Shown: positions 51,954 to 62,644, numbered from the stretch's first letter. The stretch is DNA of 64,000 nucleotides from Flavobacteriaceae bacterium (GCA_947491985.1 CANLLR010000010.1:4920-68919); one strand, 5' to 3'. Translations and numbers: made by a program. Notes: generated from the sequence alone by a model not told the origin.

Positions 51954-54900
51954 TTATTTATTCTCAATCCACAATCTCGCATTCACAAAGGCTTCAATCC
52001 AAGGTGACACTTCATCAGTATTTCCTTTCGGATAATGTGCCCAATTCCAAGGAAAAGTAGAACGTTCAATGTGAGGCATCATTACCAAATGGCGACCCGT
52101 TGTATCGCACAACATGGCAGTGTTGTAATCGGAACCATTTGGATTGGCAGGATAGCCTTCATACCCATATTTGGCTACAATATTGTACTGATTTTCATCA
52201 TAAGGCAATTTGAATTTTCCTTCTCCATGCGACACCCAAACGCCTAACGTTGTTCCTGCTAGAGTCGATAACATGACCGAATGATTTTCTTGTACTTTTA
52301 CGGAAGTAAAAATACTTTCGTGTTTGTGCGAATCGTTGTGTAGCATTTTTCCGTGAATTTCATGCTCTGGATTGACCAATTCTAATTCCATAAGCAACTG
52401 ACAACCGTTGCAAATTCCAACCGATACCGTATCGTTGCGTTGAAAGAAATTTTTCAAAGCAGTATTTGCTTTTTCGTTGTATTTAAAAGCACCCGCCCAA
52501 CCTTTGGCTGAACCCAAAACATCCGAGTTAGAGAAGCCTCCAACAGCACCAATAAACTGAATGTCTTCAAGGGTTTCACGTCCTGTAATTAAATCGGTCA
52601 TGTGTACGTCTTTGACATCAAATCCGGCTAAATACATGGCATTGGCCATTTCACGTTCAGAGTTGCTTCCTTTTTCACGAATAATGGCTGCTTTCGGACG
52701 TGGTTTGGAATGGTCAATAACAGGTTTTAATCCGTTAAAATGCGCTGGAAACACGTATTGTAAAGGTTGATTTTTAAAGTTATCAAATCGTTCTTTTGCC
52801 TTGTTGTTTTTGGTTTGTTTTTGGTCGAGTAGGAACGAGGTTTTGAACCAAGTGTCTCTGTAATTTTGAATTTTGAATTGTAAATTTTGAATTGTTAGTT
52901 GTCCCGAATTTTCAACAGTTCCAATTTTAGAAAAACTTACGTTGTTTGTATTTAATGTTTTTTCAAATATTGCATCGTCTTTTGCTTGAAGAACTAGTCC
53001 AATATTTTCTGAAAATAAAATCTTCACTAAATCTTTTTCTTCAAATGAATCAAACGAAATTTTCGCACCCAAATTCACATCGGCAAAACACATTTCCAAA
53101 AGAGTGGTAATTAAACCGCCACTTCCGATATCGTGTCCGGCAACAATTTGATTGTCTTTTATCGCATTTTGAATGGCATTAAAAGCGTTTTTAAAGAATG
53201 CGGAATCTTTGATAGTTGGCGTTTCCGATCCAATTTTCTTCAAGGTTTGCGCAAACGAGCTTCCGCCCAACTTAAAATTATCTTGTGATAAATTGATGTA
53301 ATAAATTGAACCGCCATTGCGTTGCAATACGGGTTCTACTACTTTAGTTATGTCGTTGCAATTTCCTGCTGCTGAAATAATTACCGTTCCTGGAGCGATA
53401 ACTTCACCATCGGCATATTTTTGTTTCATCGAGAGTGAATCTTTTCCGGTTGGAATATTGATTCCCAATTCGATGGCAAAATCCGAACAAGCTTCAACAG
53501 CTTCATACAATCGTGCATCTTCACCTTCGTTTTTACAAGCCCACATCCAGTTGGCAGAAAGCGAAACACTTTTTAAATTATCTTTTAAAGGAGCAAAAAC
53601 GATATTAGATAACGCTTCAGCAATTGCATTTCTACTACCCGCTTTTGGATCTATCAATGCCGAAATTGGCGCATGACCAATAGAAGTTGCAATTCCTTCT
53701 TTTCCGTTATAGTCTAAAGCCATCACACCCACATTGTTTAATGGTAATTGCAATGGTCCAACACATTGTTGTTTGGCCACTTTTCCACCAACGCAACGGT
53801 CGACTTTATTGGTTAGCCAATCTTTACAAGCTACGGCTTCGAGTTGTAAAACGTTCTCTAAATAAGTCGGAATATTTTCTTGAGAATACTCTAAATCTGC
53901 ATAATTTCTGGAGATGGTTTTGTCAGCCATAATGGTTTTTGGTGAACTACCAAACATATCTTCCAAAGCAAAATCCATGGGTTTTTCGCCGGTTGTTTTG
54001 CTTTCAAATGTAAATCGATGATCATTTGTAACATCGCCTACTTGGTACATTGGCGAACGTTCTCTATCGGCAATTCGCTGTAAAGTGTCAATGTCTTTTT
54101 GACCAATTACTAATCCCATGCGTTCTTGACTTTCGTTTCCGATGATTTCCTTTGCGGATAAGGTTGGATCTCCCACAGGCAATTTATCCAAATCGATTAA
54201 TCCACCAGTAGCTTCGACCAACTCGGACAAGCAATTTAAGTGTCCACCAGCTCCGTGATCGTGAATGGATACAATTGGATTCACGTCGCTTTCTACCAAT
54301 CCACGAATGGCGTTGGCTGCTCTTTTTTGCATTTCAGGATTGGAACGTTGAATGGCATTTAATTCAATTCCAGAACCAAAAGCACCTGTATTTGCTGATG
54401 AAACCGCAGCGCCACCCATTCCGATTCGGTAGTTTTCACCCCCCAGAATTACGATTTTATCGCCCGGTTGCGGTTCGTGTTTTTGTGCTTGAGATGCTTT
54501 TCCGTAACCAATTCCACCCGCTTGCATAATGACTTTGTCGTAGCCCAATTTTCGGGCTTGTGATGCGCTTGATGCATCTTCTTCTTCATGTTCAAAGGTT
54601 AATAAAGAACCTGTAATTAAAGGTTGTCCGAATTTATTGCCGAAATCAGAAGCACCATTAGACGCTTTTATCAAAATGTCTAATGGCGTTTGATACAACC
54701 ATTTTCGTGCTGTGAATCCCAATTGGTTTTCTTGTAAACGTGAATATGCGGTCATGTAAACGGCAGTTCCCGCCAAAGGCAACGAACCTTGTCCACCCGC
54801 TAATCGGTCGCGAATTTCACCACCAGAACCTGTTGCTGCTCCGTTAAACGGTTCGACAGTAGTTGGAAAATTATGGGTTTCAGCTTTTAATGAAATGACC

Positions 54901-55619
54901 GAATCAAATTGTTTTTTTGTGTAAAAATCAGGTTTATCAGCTGTGTTTGGTGCAAATTGCTCTACCGTTGGACCTTTTATAAAAGCTACGTTGTCTTTGT
55001 AAGCTGATACAATATCGTTGTGATTTTCTGCAGATGTTTTCTTAATCATTTTGAACAACGACAGTTCTTTTTCTTCGCCGTCAATGATAAAAGTGCCGTT
55101 AAAAATTTTATGACGACAGTGCTCTGAATTGACTTGTGAGAACCCAAAAACCTCTGAATCAGTTAGTTTTCGGTTCAGTTTTTTAGCTAAATTTTCTAGA
55201 TAATCTACTTCTTCGTGACTCAAAGCTAAACCTTCTTGTTCGTTGTAGGTAGCGATGTCTTCAATTTCGAGAATCGATTCCGGTTGCATGTTTATCGTAA
55301 AAAGAGTTTGGTGCAGTTCGTTGTATTTTTGAAATAACATCGGATCAAAATCGGTAAAATCAGCCGACACTTTTTCAAATTCTTCAATTCGAATGACGCC
55401 TTCGATGCCCATGTTTTGGGTTATTTCAACTGCATTGGTGCTCCAAGGTGTTACCATTGCGGCACGTGGACCAACAAAAAAATCCGTGAGAACGGATTTA
55501 TCTATTTTGTATGCATTACCAAATAACCAATTTAATTTTGAGATGGTTGCTGCTGCTAGTTCGTTTTGCGCTTGAACAGCAAAGACAGTGGTTGTTTCGT
55601 TGCCGAAAAAATGAATCAT
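51954..55619 (-). CDS. purL: phosphoribosylformylglycinamidine synthase (single-chain large PurL)
   Basis: About 1221 aa from ATG 55619. It has the FGAM synthetase ATP-grasp-like repeats and a C-terminal glutaminase with GICNGCQ. Confidence 0.95.
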   Translation of the reverse strand: MIHFFGNETTTVFAVQAQNELAAATISKLNWLFGNAYKIDKSVLTDFFVGPRAAMVTPWSTNAVEITQNMGIEGVIRIEEFEKVSADFTDFDPMLFQKYNELHQTLFTINMQPESILEIEDIATYNEQEGLALSHEEVDYLENLAKKLNRKLTDSEVFGFSQVNSEHCRHKIFNGTFIIDGEEKELSLFKMIKKTSAENHNDIVSAYKDNVAFIKGPTVEQFAPNTADKPDFYTKKQFDSVISLKAETHNFPTTVEPFNGAATGSGGEIRDRLAGGQGSLPLAGTAVYMTAYSRLQENQLGFTARKWLYQTPLDILIKASNGASDFGNKFGQPLITGSLLTFEHEEEDASSASQARKLGYDKVIMQAGGIGYGKASQAQKHEPQPGDKIVILGGENYRIGMGGAAVSSANTGAFGSGIELNAIQRSNPEMQKRAANAIRGLVESDVNPIVSIHDHGAGGHLNCLSELVEATGGLIDLDKLPVGDPTLSAKEIIGNESQERMGLVIGQKDIDTLQRIADRERSPMYQVGDVTNDHRFTFESKTTGEKPMDFALEDMFGSSPKTIMADKTISRNYADLEYSQENIPTYLENVLQLEAVACKDWLTNKVDRCVGGKVAKQQCVGPLQLPLNNVGVMALDYNGKEGIATSIGHAPISALIDPKAGSRNAIAEALSNIVFAPLKDNLKSVSLSANWMWACKNEGEDARLYEAVEACSDFAIELGINIPTGKDSLSMKQKYADGEVIAPGTVIISAAGNCNDITKVVEPVLQRNGGSIYYINLSQDNFKLGGSSFAQTLKKIGSETPTIKDSAFFKNAFNAIQNAIKDNQIVAGHDIGSGGLITTLLEMCFADVNLGAKISFDSFEEKDLVKILFSENIGLVLQAKDDAIFEKTLNTNNVSFSKIGTVENSGQLTIQNLQFKIQNYRDTWFKTSFLLDQKQTKNNKAKERFDNFKNQPLQYVFPAHFNGLKPVIDHSKPRPKAAIIREKGSNSEREMANAMYLAGFDVKDVHMTDLITGRETLEDIQFIGAVGGFSNSDVLGSAKGWAGAFKYNEKANTALKNFFQRNDTVSVGICNGCQLLMELELVNPEHEIHGKMLHNDSHKHESIFTSVKVQENHSVMLSTLAGTTLGVWVSHGEGKFKLPYDENQYNIVAKYGYEGYPANPNGSDYNTAMLCDTTGRHLVMMPHIERSTFPWNWAHYPKGNTDEVSPWIEAFVNARLWIENK

Positions 55620-55772
55620 TGTGATGTTATTTTTGTTTTGCAAATTTAGTTTAAAATGTGGAAATACAAAAATGAGTTGTCAATAGTTTTTAACGGTTTT
55701 TAGACAATTTGTACTATATAAACGCATGTGACGAAAAATAAATATACTTTTGGGATTCAAAAAATTCTAATC

Positions 55773-58436
55773 ATGAAAAGTAATTATTTTTTAATAATTG
55801 GATTGTTTATTAGTGCATTGGTAAATGCGCAGATAATTAATTTTCCAGATCCAGCATTTAAGGCTAGATTATTAGCGGCAAACAGCTGGAACCACGTGGC
55901 AGAGAATGCTGCTGGGATTAGCGTTGTAATCGACACGAATAATGATGGTAACATACAGATTAGCGAAGCACTTTTAATAGTTAAAATGGACGTATACAAC
56001 GGTGGTTACATTCAAAGTATTGTAGGTGTTGAATATTTTACCAATCTTATTTTCCTTAATTGTTCTCAAAATGGAATCGCTTCTATAAATGTTAGTCAAT
56101 TGTCTGGACTAAAAACCTTGATTTGCGATCACAATCAGGCGTTAACCTTGCTGAATATAAGTGGGTTATTTCAGTTGGAAGAATTAAATGTATCGCAATG
56201 TAGTTTGACTTCCTTGAACCTAAATGGACTTAGTTCCATACAAAAAATAAACTGTGATTTGAATAATCTCACAACACTTGATTTGAGTTCATTAACTAAT
56301 CTAATTGAGGTTAATTGCAATAATAACCTTTTAACTTCAATTAATACTAATGGTTTGCCTAATCTCAAAATGTTTGGATGTAGTAGTAATCAATTGATGT
56401 CTTTTGATTTTACTAACCTAACAGCACTTGAAGAACTAGGTATAAGTAACAATGTTAATTTATCAAGTATCAATGTTTCAGGAATGCAGACATTGAAGCG
56501 TCTCGAATGCAATGGTTGCCAACTTACTACATTAGCGTTAAGTGGTTTGCCAAATTTGGTTTATTTGAATTGTGGGAATAATTTATTTCAGACATTAAAT
56601 TTATCGAATTTGACCAGCCTTACTACTCTTGATTGTAGTTTTAATCAATTGACATCTCTTGAATTTGGAAATTTAAACGGGTTAACCTCACTTGAATGTT
56701 CGGTTAATCAACTTTCCAATCTAAATATAGAAAATATGATTAATATGGTCAATCTCAGATGTTCAAACAACTTACTAGAGCAATTGGATGTTTCATTATT
56801 TGAACAACTGAATATGCTTCTTTGTTCATCTAATCAATTACAGAATCTTGATTGCAGTAGGAATCCAAATTTGCAATTTCTTGAATGCCAATATAACCAA
56901 CTTGAATTCCTAAATATAAAAAACGGAAATTCAGTAGGTTGTAATTTTTTTGGTAACCCAACTTTAGAATATCTCTGTGTTGATGAAGAGCAAAGTGCAA
57001 GTTTACAACTTTTGGTACTTATTAGTTACCAATATACAAATATGACTAATTGTGTAGTAGGTGATTATTGTTCATTTACACCAGGTGGACGTTATTACAC
57101 AATCCAAGGAAATCAAAAAATTGATTCCAATATAAATGGTTGTGATGGTAATGATGCAATATTTCCAAATTTAAATATGAATATAACAGATGGAACTATT
57201 TCAGGAAATGTAATTTCTGATACTTCGGGTAATTATTCAATTTTTGTTGGACAAGGCATACATACTATTACACCAATTCTTGAAAACCCAACTTATTTCA
57301 ATATTTCTCCTACTAGTATTCAAGTTGCATTTCCAGATGTGATTAGTCCAAATATTCAAAATTTTTGTATTACACCCAATGGGATTCACAATGATTTAGA
57401 AGTGGTCATTGTTCCTTTAATTCCTGCTAGACCAGGTTTTGATGCTACATATAAAATCGTATATAAAAACAAGGGAAACACAACAATGTCAGGTTCAGTG
57501 TCGTTTAATTTTGAGGATAATAAAATGGATTTTGTTTCATCAGCACCAATTTATACAATACAATCAACAAATCAGTTGATTTATGATTACACTAATTTGG
57601 CACCTTTTGAATCAAGGGAAATTATTATTACAATTAATATTAACTCCCCAATCGAAACACCAGCAGTGAATATTGGAGACCAATTAAATTTTACAGCTAC
57701 TATAAATCCGATAACAGGAGATGAGTTTTTATCGGACAATGTTTCAAGTTTAAAACAAATTGTTGTTGGTTCTTATGATCCAAACGATAAAACTTGCATT
57801 GAGGGAACTATTGTTGGACCTTCTGTAATTGGTCAATACGTTCATTACGTGATTCGTTTTGAAAACACAGGAACTTTTGCTGCTGAAAATGTTGTGGTAA
57901 AAGATATGATTGATTTGAACAAATTTGATCTCAACACACTTATACCTATTAGCAGTAGCCATGCTTTTGTAACCCGAATCGCTTCTGATGGAAAAGTCGA
58001 GTTTATTTTCGAAGGCATCAACCTGCCTTTTAACGACGCCAATAATGATGGTTATGTTGCAATTAAAATCAAGACAAAATCAAATTTGGCAGTAGGTGAT
58101 ACATTTAGTAATAACGCCAGCATCTTTTTTGATTATAATTTTCCGATAGTTACCAATATAGCCACTACAACTATTCAGGCATTGGGTACTAACGATTTTG
58201 AATTTACTACTTATTTTACATTGCACCCAAATCCAGCAAAGGGAGTTGTGACAATTTTAGCTAAAAAAGAGGTGTATATTTCTTCCCTTAGCATTTACAA
58301 TACCCTTGGGCAATTGATTTTGGCAGAAGCAAATCCAAATAGCACTATTGATATTTCCGCTTTAAAAACAGGTAATTATTTTATAAAAATTGTTTCAGAT
58401 AAAGGAATGACAACCACAAAATTACTTAAACATTAG
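55773..58436 (+). CDS. leucine-rich-repeat surface protein with T9SS C-terminal sorting domain
   Basis: It has a signal peptide from ATG 55773 and about 14 LRR units of 22-23 aa (LxxLxCxxNxLTSLxL, roughly 56010-56930). These are followed by DUF11-like and SYDPNDK..FENTG modules. The C-terminal ~75 aa has the T9SS type A pattern (HPNPAKG..NTLGQ..GNYFIKI). Confidence 0.8.
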   Translation: MKSNYFLIIGLFISALVNAQIINFPDPAFKARLLAANSWNHVAENAAGISVVIDTNNDGNIQISEALLIVKMDVYNGGYIQSIVGVEYFTNLIFLNCSQNGIASINVSQLSGLKTLICDHNQALTLLNISGLFQLEELNVSQCSLTSLNLNGLSSIQKINCDLNNLTTLDLSSLTNLIEVNCNNNLLTSINTNGLPNLKMFGCSSNQLMSFDFTNLTALEELGISNNVNLSSINVSGMQTLKRLECNGCQLTTLALSGLPNLVYLNCGNNLFQTLNLSNLTSLTTLDCSFNQLTSLEFGNLNGLTSLECSVNQLSNLNIENMINMVNLRCSNNLLEQLDVSLFEQLNMLLCSSNQLQNLDCSRNPNLQFLECQYNQLEFLNIKNGNSVGCNFFGNPTLEYLCVDEEQSASLQLLVLISYQYTNMTNCVVGDYCSFTPGGRYYTIQGNQKIDSNINGCDGNDAIFPNLNMNITDGTISGNVISDTSGNYSIFVGQGIHTITPILENPTYFNISPTSIQVAFPDVISPNIQNFCITPNGIHNDLEVVIVPLIPARPGFDATYKIVYKNKGNTTMSGSVSFNFEDNKMDFVSSAPIYTIQSTNQLIYDYTNLAPFESREIIITININSPIETPAVNIGDQLNFTATINPITGDEFLSDNVSSLKQIVVGSYDPNDKTCIEGTIVGPSVIGQYVHYVIRFENTGTFAAENVVVKDMIDLNKFDLNTLIPISSSHAFVTRIASDGKVEFIFEGINLPFNDANNDGYVAIKIKTKSNLAVGDTFSNNASIFFDYNFPIVTNIATTTIQALGTNDFEFTTYFTLHPNPAKGVVTILAKKEVYISSLSIYNTLGQLILAEANPNSTIDISALKTGNYFIKIVSDKGMTTTKLLKH

Positions 58437-58448
58437 TATCAAAAAAAA

Positions 58449-58480
58449 AAGGTTCCAACTATAAATTGAAACCTTTTTTA
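58449..58480. terminator. weak bidirectional hairpin with A10/T6 flanks
   Basis: AAAAAAAAAAGGTTCC..GAAACCTTTTTT lies between convergent genes. Confidence 0.5.
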
Positions 58481-58496
58481 TTGATTTATATTCTTA

Positions 58497-60098
58497 CTAT
58501 GGCACAAACTGATAGGCTCCCAAATCGGTTGAAGTGGTTCTACTTCTATTCAATATATCAAACGGAAACAATCCTGTAGCAGTAGCATCGAAGGGCAAAT
58601 TCAAATCTTCTGTCAACCACAATTGGTTGTTGTTAACATCTTCAAATTTGGGTTTGTTTATCACCGAATTAGTTGCAATGCTACAATTTACATAACGAAC
58701 CGGATCAGAACTAAACTGGTAGAGCGGATTATTGGTAAACTGATTATTGATGTTATTAAACTTTATCAAGCAATGGTTGAATTTATAATTGAATGCAGCA
58801 CCACCTTGGGTAACTTTATCCAAAATCATTTCTACTTGATTGCTTCCATAAATGATGCAATTGTTGAAGTTGGCTTGAGTCAGGTCGGAAACATAAATAG
58901 TGTCTTCTGTTTCAAAAGAGTTGGTGAGTAAAACAGCAACTTGGTTCGAACTCGGCCAAGTATTATTGAAGGTACAATGTGTAAAATTGTAACTTCCTCC
59001 AAAAGTCCCAGCAAAATTAGCTTGTCCGCTATAGTTAATAACCAAATTACTTCCAGTAACTTCTGATTTTCGTCCTAAGATTCCCAAATTCGAACTGTTG
59101 TATATCTGTGAATTTTTAATAGTTAATTTAGGAAAATCAGTAGTGTTAGTAGTGGTTGCTAAATTACCAATTAGCAATCCAACAGTAGCATTTTTTAACG
59201 TAAGATGATTGATTTCATTGGTCGATAAGGTCGAATAATTTATAATCGCGCCCCATTGTCCTGGAACATCAGCATAAAGTGGTTCCAATCGATCGCCTTC
59301 AAAAATGACTTCGTTTTCCAAAGCATCGGTTGTCGATTGTGCTCCATTGATTTTTAATTCGGCATTTTTTCCAATAATCAATCCTGAATTAGCATGAAAA
59401 TGGACACGCACGCCAGGGTTTACTGTTAATGTTTTTCCGTTGGGTACAAATGCATAACCATAAATTACATAGGGTTTCGAATTGTTCCAAATAAATTCAT
59501 TTCCGTTTACGGGATCAAATTCGTCTAAATTACTTCCTACAGCAACCACGTTTTGATTGTCATCATTTACACCTAAACTGATGGTTTCATATAAAAATTC
59601 ATTATTTACTTCGCTTCTTTGCGGATAAATAAAATACGCATCTTGTATCAACGTCACCAAATCAACATCTTGTGGAGCGCCACTAATATTGGTGAATTCA
59701 ATCTTATCAGTATATAAAAAATCGGTGGGATTAACACTTGCTACATCGGCAGTGACTTCAATAAAAACAAACAAACTGTCGTTGGCTAAAAGTTCTACAT
59801 TGCTAAAAATTTTACCTTGGGCTCCAGCATCTCCAGTCATTCCGTCAACCATGATGCGGTATTTTGATGCAGTTCCTTTGGCTAATCGGACTTGAGGAAT
59901 GGAAATGTCTTTATCACTTCGGTTGTAGACTTTTAATCGATACGTACTTGAACCAATGTTGGTAAATACAGTGTCTAAATAAACGGTATCGCGAGAAAAT
60001 TCTAATCCACCTGTGCTAGGTTCAAATTCAAAATCATTCCGACATGAAGATACTAAAACGAGTATTCCGGTTAAAAGTAAAAGGACTAATTTACGCAT
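58497..60098 (-). CDS. hypothetical lipoprotein (533 aa)
   Basis: It has a lipobox-like signal LVLVSSC. The Asn/Thr/Gly-rich repetitive beta-type sequence suggests a possible parallel beta-helix. No family recognised. Confidence 0.6.
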   Translation of the reverse strand: MRKLVLLLLTGILVLVSSCRNDFEFEPSTGGLEFSRDTVYLDTVFTNIGSSTYRLKVYNRSDKDISIPQVRLAKGTASKYRIMVDGMTGDAGAQGKIFSNVELLANDSLFVFIEVTADVASVNPTDFLYTDKIEFTNISGAPQDVDLVTLIQDAYFIYPQRSEVNNEFLYETISLGVNDDNQNVVAVGSNLDEFDPVNGNEFIWNNSKPYVIYGYAFVPNGKTLTVNPGVRVHFHANSGLIIGKNAELKINGAQSTTDALENEVIFEGDRLEPLYADVPGQWGAIINYSTLSTNEINHLTLKNATVGLLIGNLATTTNTTDFPKLTIKNSQIYNSSNLGILGRKSEVTGSNLVINYSGQANFAGTFGGSYNFTHCTFNNTWPSSNQVAVLLTNSFETEDTIYVSDLTQANFNNCIIYGSNQVEMILDKVTQGGAAFNYKFNHCLIKFNNINNQFTNNPLYQFSSDPVRYVNCSIATNSVINKPKFEDVNNNQLWLTEDLNLPFDATATGLFPFDILNRSRTTSTDLGAYQFVP

Positions 60099-60239
60099 GT
60101 ATGTAGCTTTTTTGGTAAAAGTATAAAAATTTGTGGTTTGCCATTGTTTTAGAAACGAAAAAAATAAAGTAATATTTTATCATTATTGGTATAAGTCTTA
60201 TTCTTTCTTTTAAAAATTGGTATTTTTACAAAAAAAATA

Positions 60240-60659
60240 ATGTTCGATAAAGAAAAAGTGATTGCGTTATGCAATGAAATGTCAATAAATACTTTGATGT
60301 CAACGTTAGAGATTGAGTTTATTGATGCTGGAGAAGATTTTTTAACCGCGAAAATGCCCGTTAACCCGAGAGTGCATCAACCAATGGGATTACTTCACGG
60401 TGGTGCTAGTGTAGCGTTGGCTGAAAGTGTTGGAAGTGCTGCTTCGATGTTGTACGTGAATCCAGAAAAGCAGGAGGTTCGCGGTATCGAAATATCGGCG
60501 AATCATTTGCGCAGTAAACGTGAAGGAATGATTTATGGTACGGCACGAATTGTTCATAAAGGACGAAGCATTCATCTTTGGGAAATTAAAATCGTCGATG
60601 AAGACGATAAATTAATCTCACTTTGCAAATTGAGTAACATGATTTTACCACGTCGCTAA
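60240..60659 (+). CDS. hotdog-fold (PaaI/YdiI-type) thioesterase, probable DHNA-CoA hydrolase
   Basis: It has the HQPMGLLHGGASVALAES motif. It is coupled (TAATG) to menF. Confidence 0.75.
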   Translation: MFDKEKVIALCNEMSINTLMSTLEIEFIDAGEDFLTAKMPVNPRVHQPMGLLHGGASVALAESVGSAASMLYVNPEKQEVRGIEISANHLRSKREGMIYGTARIVHKGRSIHLWEIKIVDEDDKLISLCKLSNMILPRR

Positions 60660-61720
60660 TGCTATCTTTATTTCAAAAAGTTGCCCAACAATTTCAGAAT
60701 AAATTACCATTTGTAGTGTATTGCAAACCCAACACTAAAAAAATGATTGGTATTTTTCAAAACGATAATGTACTTTATGAACTTACTGATTTCGACGAAA
60801 GTGGTTTTGCCTTTGTTGCCTTTGATAGTACTAAAAAGTATTTTATTCCCGAAGAACTTTCTGATGTGTATGTTGAGAAAGTAAATTCAGCAACCTATTA
60901 TTTTACTGATGAAATGCCCACAACAACCAATGAAATAGCGGTTAAAAATTTTGAAACGTTAGTTGAAAAAGGCATCTTAGCAATTGCAGAAAATGAATTT
61001 AAAAAAGTCGTACTTTCCCGTAAGGAGTCTTTTGAAATAGGCAATTTAGATTTTGAAAAAGTCATGAATCGTTTGCATTTTAATTATCCAAATGCTTTTA
61101 ATTATTGTTTTTTTCATCCTAAAATTGGCTTTTGGATAGGAGCAACTCCCGAGCAATTTATACAAATTGCTAACGAAACCATCAAAACTGTTGCATTAGC
61201 AGGTACACAATTATTTGCTGAAACTATTTCGTGGGAAAACAAAGAAAAACAAGAACAGTATTTGGTTACCGATTTTATTTTAGAAAGCGTGAGATTGTAT
61301 TGTCATAACCAACAAGTTTCTCAACCTTATACATTCAAAGCTGGAGCTATAGCACACATTAAGACCGATATTTCGGCCACTTTAAATTCAAAGTCCGATT
61401 TAGGTAAATTAATTGAGGCTTTGCATCCAACACCTGCCGTATGTGGCTTACCAAAAGAAAACGCCAAACAATTCATTCTGGACAACGAAGGATATAATAG
61501 AAAATTTTATACTGGATTTTTAGGCGAATTGAATATCGATTTTACTACATTTAAGCGAGATAATTCGGATTTATTCGTCAATTTGCGATGTATGGAAATC
61601 AACGATAAAGTGGCATCCATTTACGTTGGTTGTGGTATTACAAAAGATAGTATTCCCAAAAAAGAATATATTGAAACCGTAAATAAATCAATGACAATTA
61701 GAAAAGTTATAAATTTGTAA
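60659..61720 (+). CDS. menF: isochorismate synthase
   Basis: It has a chorismate-binding C-terminal domain with GATPEQF, LHPTPAVCG and GCGIT. Confidence 0.85.
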   Translation: MLSLFQKVAQQFQNKLPFVVYCKPNTKKMIGIFQNDNVLYELTDFDESGFAFVAFDSTKKYFIPEELSDVYVEKVNSATYYFTDEMPTTTNEIAVKNFETLVEKGILAIAENEFKKVVLSRKESFEIGNLDFEKVMNRLHFNYPNAFNYCFFHPKIGFWIGATPEQFIQIANETIKTVALAGTQLFAETISWENKEKQEQYLVTDFILESVRLYCHNQQVSQPYTFKAGAIAHIKTDISATLNSKSDLGKLIEALHPTPAVCGLPKENAKQFILDNEGYNRKFYTGFLGELNIDFTTFKRDNSDLFVNLRCMEINDKVASIYVGCGITKDSIPKKEYIETVNKSMTIRKVINL

Positions 61721-61735
61721 TTAAATAAAAACAGT

Positions 61736-62455
61736 ATGATACAATTGGATATTTTGGCTTTTGGCGCACATCCTGATGATGTAGAATTGGGTTGTAGCGG
61801 AACAATTGCAAAAGAAATTGCACTCGGAAAGAAAGTCGGAATTATCGATTTAACACGAGGTGAATTAGGCACACGAGGTTCCGCTGAAATTAGAGATAAC
61901 GAAGCAGCAAAGGCAGCAAAAATATTAGGTGTTGCTGTTCGAGAGAACTTGAACATGCGTGACGGGTTTTTTATCAATGATGAAATTCACCAATTGGAAA
62001 TCATTAAAATGATTCGGAAATACCGTCCCAAAATTGTGCTATGTAATGCTGTAGACGATCGTCATATTGATCATCCAAAAGGAAGTAGTTTGGTTTCTGA
62101 TGCTTGTTTTTTGTCGGGTTTACGTCGAATAGAAACAGAAGTTGATAATCATATTCAAGACGCGTGGCGACCAAAATTGGTCTACCATTATATTCAATGG
62201 AAAAACAACGAACCCGATTTTGTTGTGGATATTAGTGGTTTTATGGAAGTAAAGATGGCGTCAATATTGGCCTACGATTCGCAGTTTTACAATCCGAATA
62301 CCAACGAACCTGAAACGCCAATTGCCACCAAAAACTTTTTGGATAGTGTGAAATATCGTGCTCAAGATCTAGGCAGAATTATAGGAACAGCATATGCTGA
62401 AGGATTTACCGTAGAAAGGTATTTGGCTGTCAATAGCTTAAGTGATTTGATATAA
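61736..62455 (+). CDS. bshB1: bacillithiol biosynthesis deacetylase (PIG-L/LmbE family)
   Basis: It has AHPDDVELGCSGT and HIDH motifs, and 239 aa is the typical size for BshB1. Confidence 0.75.
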   Translation: MIQLDILAFGAHPDDVELGCSGTIAKEIALGKKVGIIDLTRGELGTRGSAEIRDNEAAKAAKILGVAVRENLNMRDGFFINDEIHQLEIIKMIRKYRPKIVLCNAVDDRHIDHPKGSSLVSDACFLSGLRRIETEVDNHIQDAWRPKLVYHYIQWKNNEPDFVVDISGFMEVKMASILAYDSQFYNPNTNEPETPIATKNFLDSVKYRAQDLGRIIGTAYAEGFTVERYLAVNSLSDLI

Positions 62456-62471
62456 TTTTTTATTTTTTTTC

Positions 62472-62502
62472 TTTGTAGAATAAAACTTTTGCAATACATT
62501 TG
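62472..62502 (+). promoter_or_regulatory. Bacteroidota-type promoter for tRNA-His (TTTG-N19-TACATTTG)
   Basis: TTTG at 62472-62475 and TACATTTG at 62495-62502, 13 nt upstream of the tRNA. Confidence 0.5.
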
Positions 62503-62515
62503 CACTCGTTAAAAT

Positions 62516-62590
62516 GGTGGTTGTAGCTCAGCTGGTTAGAGCGCTGGTTTGTGGTGCCGGAAGTCGCCGGTTCGAACCCGGTCATCCACC
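62516..62590 (+). tRNA. tRNA-His (anticodon GTG) with encoded G-1
   Basis: G-GTGGTTG TA GCTC AGCTGGTTA GAGC G CTGGT TTGTGGT GCCGG AAGTC GCCGG TTCGAAC CCGGT CATCCAC C. The extra 5' G sits opposite discriminator C73. There is a U5-U68 mismatch. Confidence 0.9.
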
Positions 62591-62603
62591 CAAGTAACAT
62601 ATA

Positions 62604-62631
62604 AGCTTCCGACATTGTTGGGAGCTTTTTT
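62604..62631 (+). terminator. intrinsic terminator after tRNA-His
   Basis: AGCTTCC gacattgtt GGGAGCT is followed by TTTTTT. Confidence 0.8.
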
Positions 62632-62644
62632 AATTTACGATTGT

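Noticed and set aside
62549-62644. N-terminal extension of ORF 62549..63109
   Set aside because: The extension starts inside tRNA-His and spans its terminator. The internal ATG 62645 gives a proper signal peptide.
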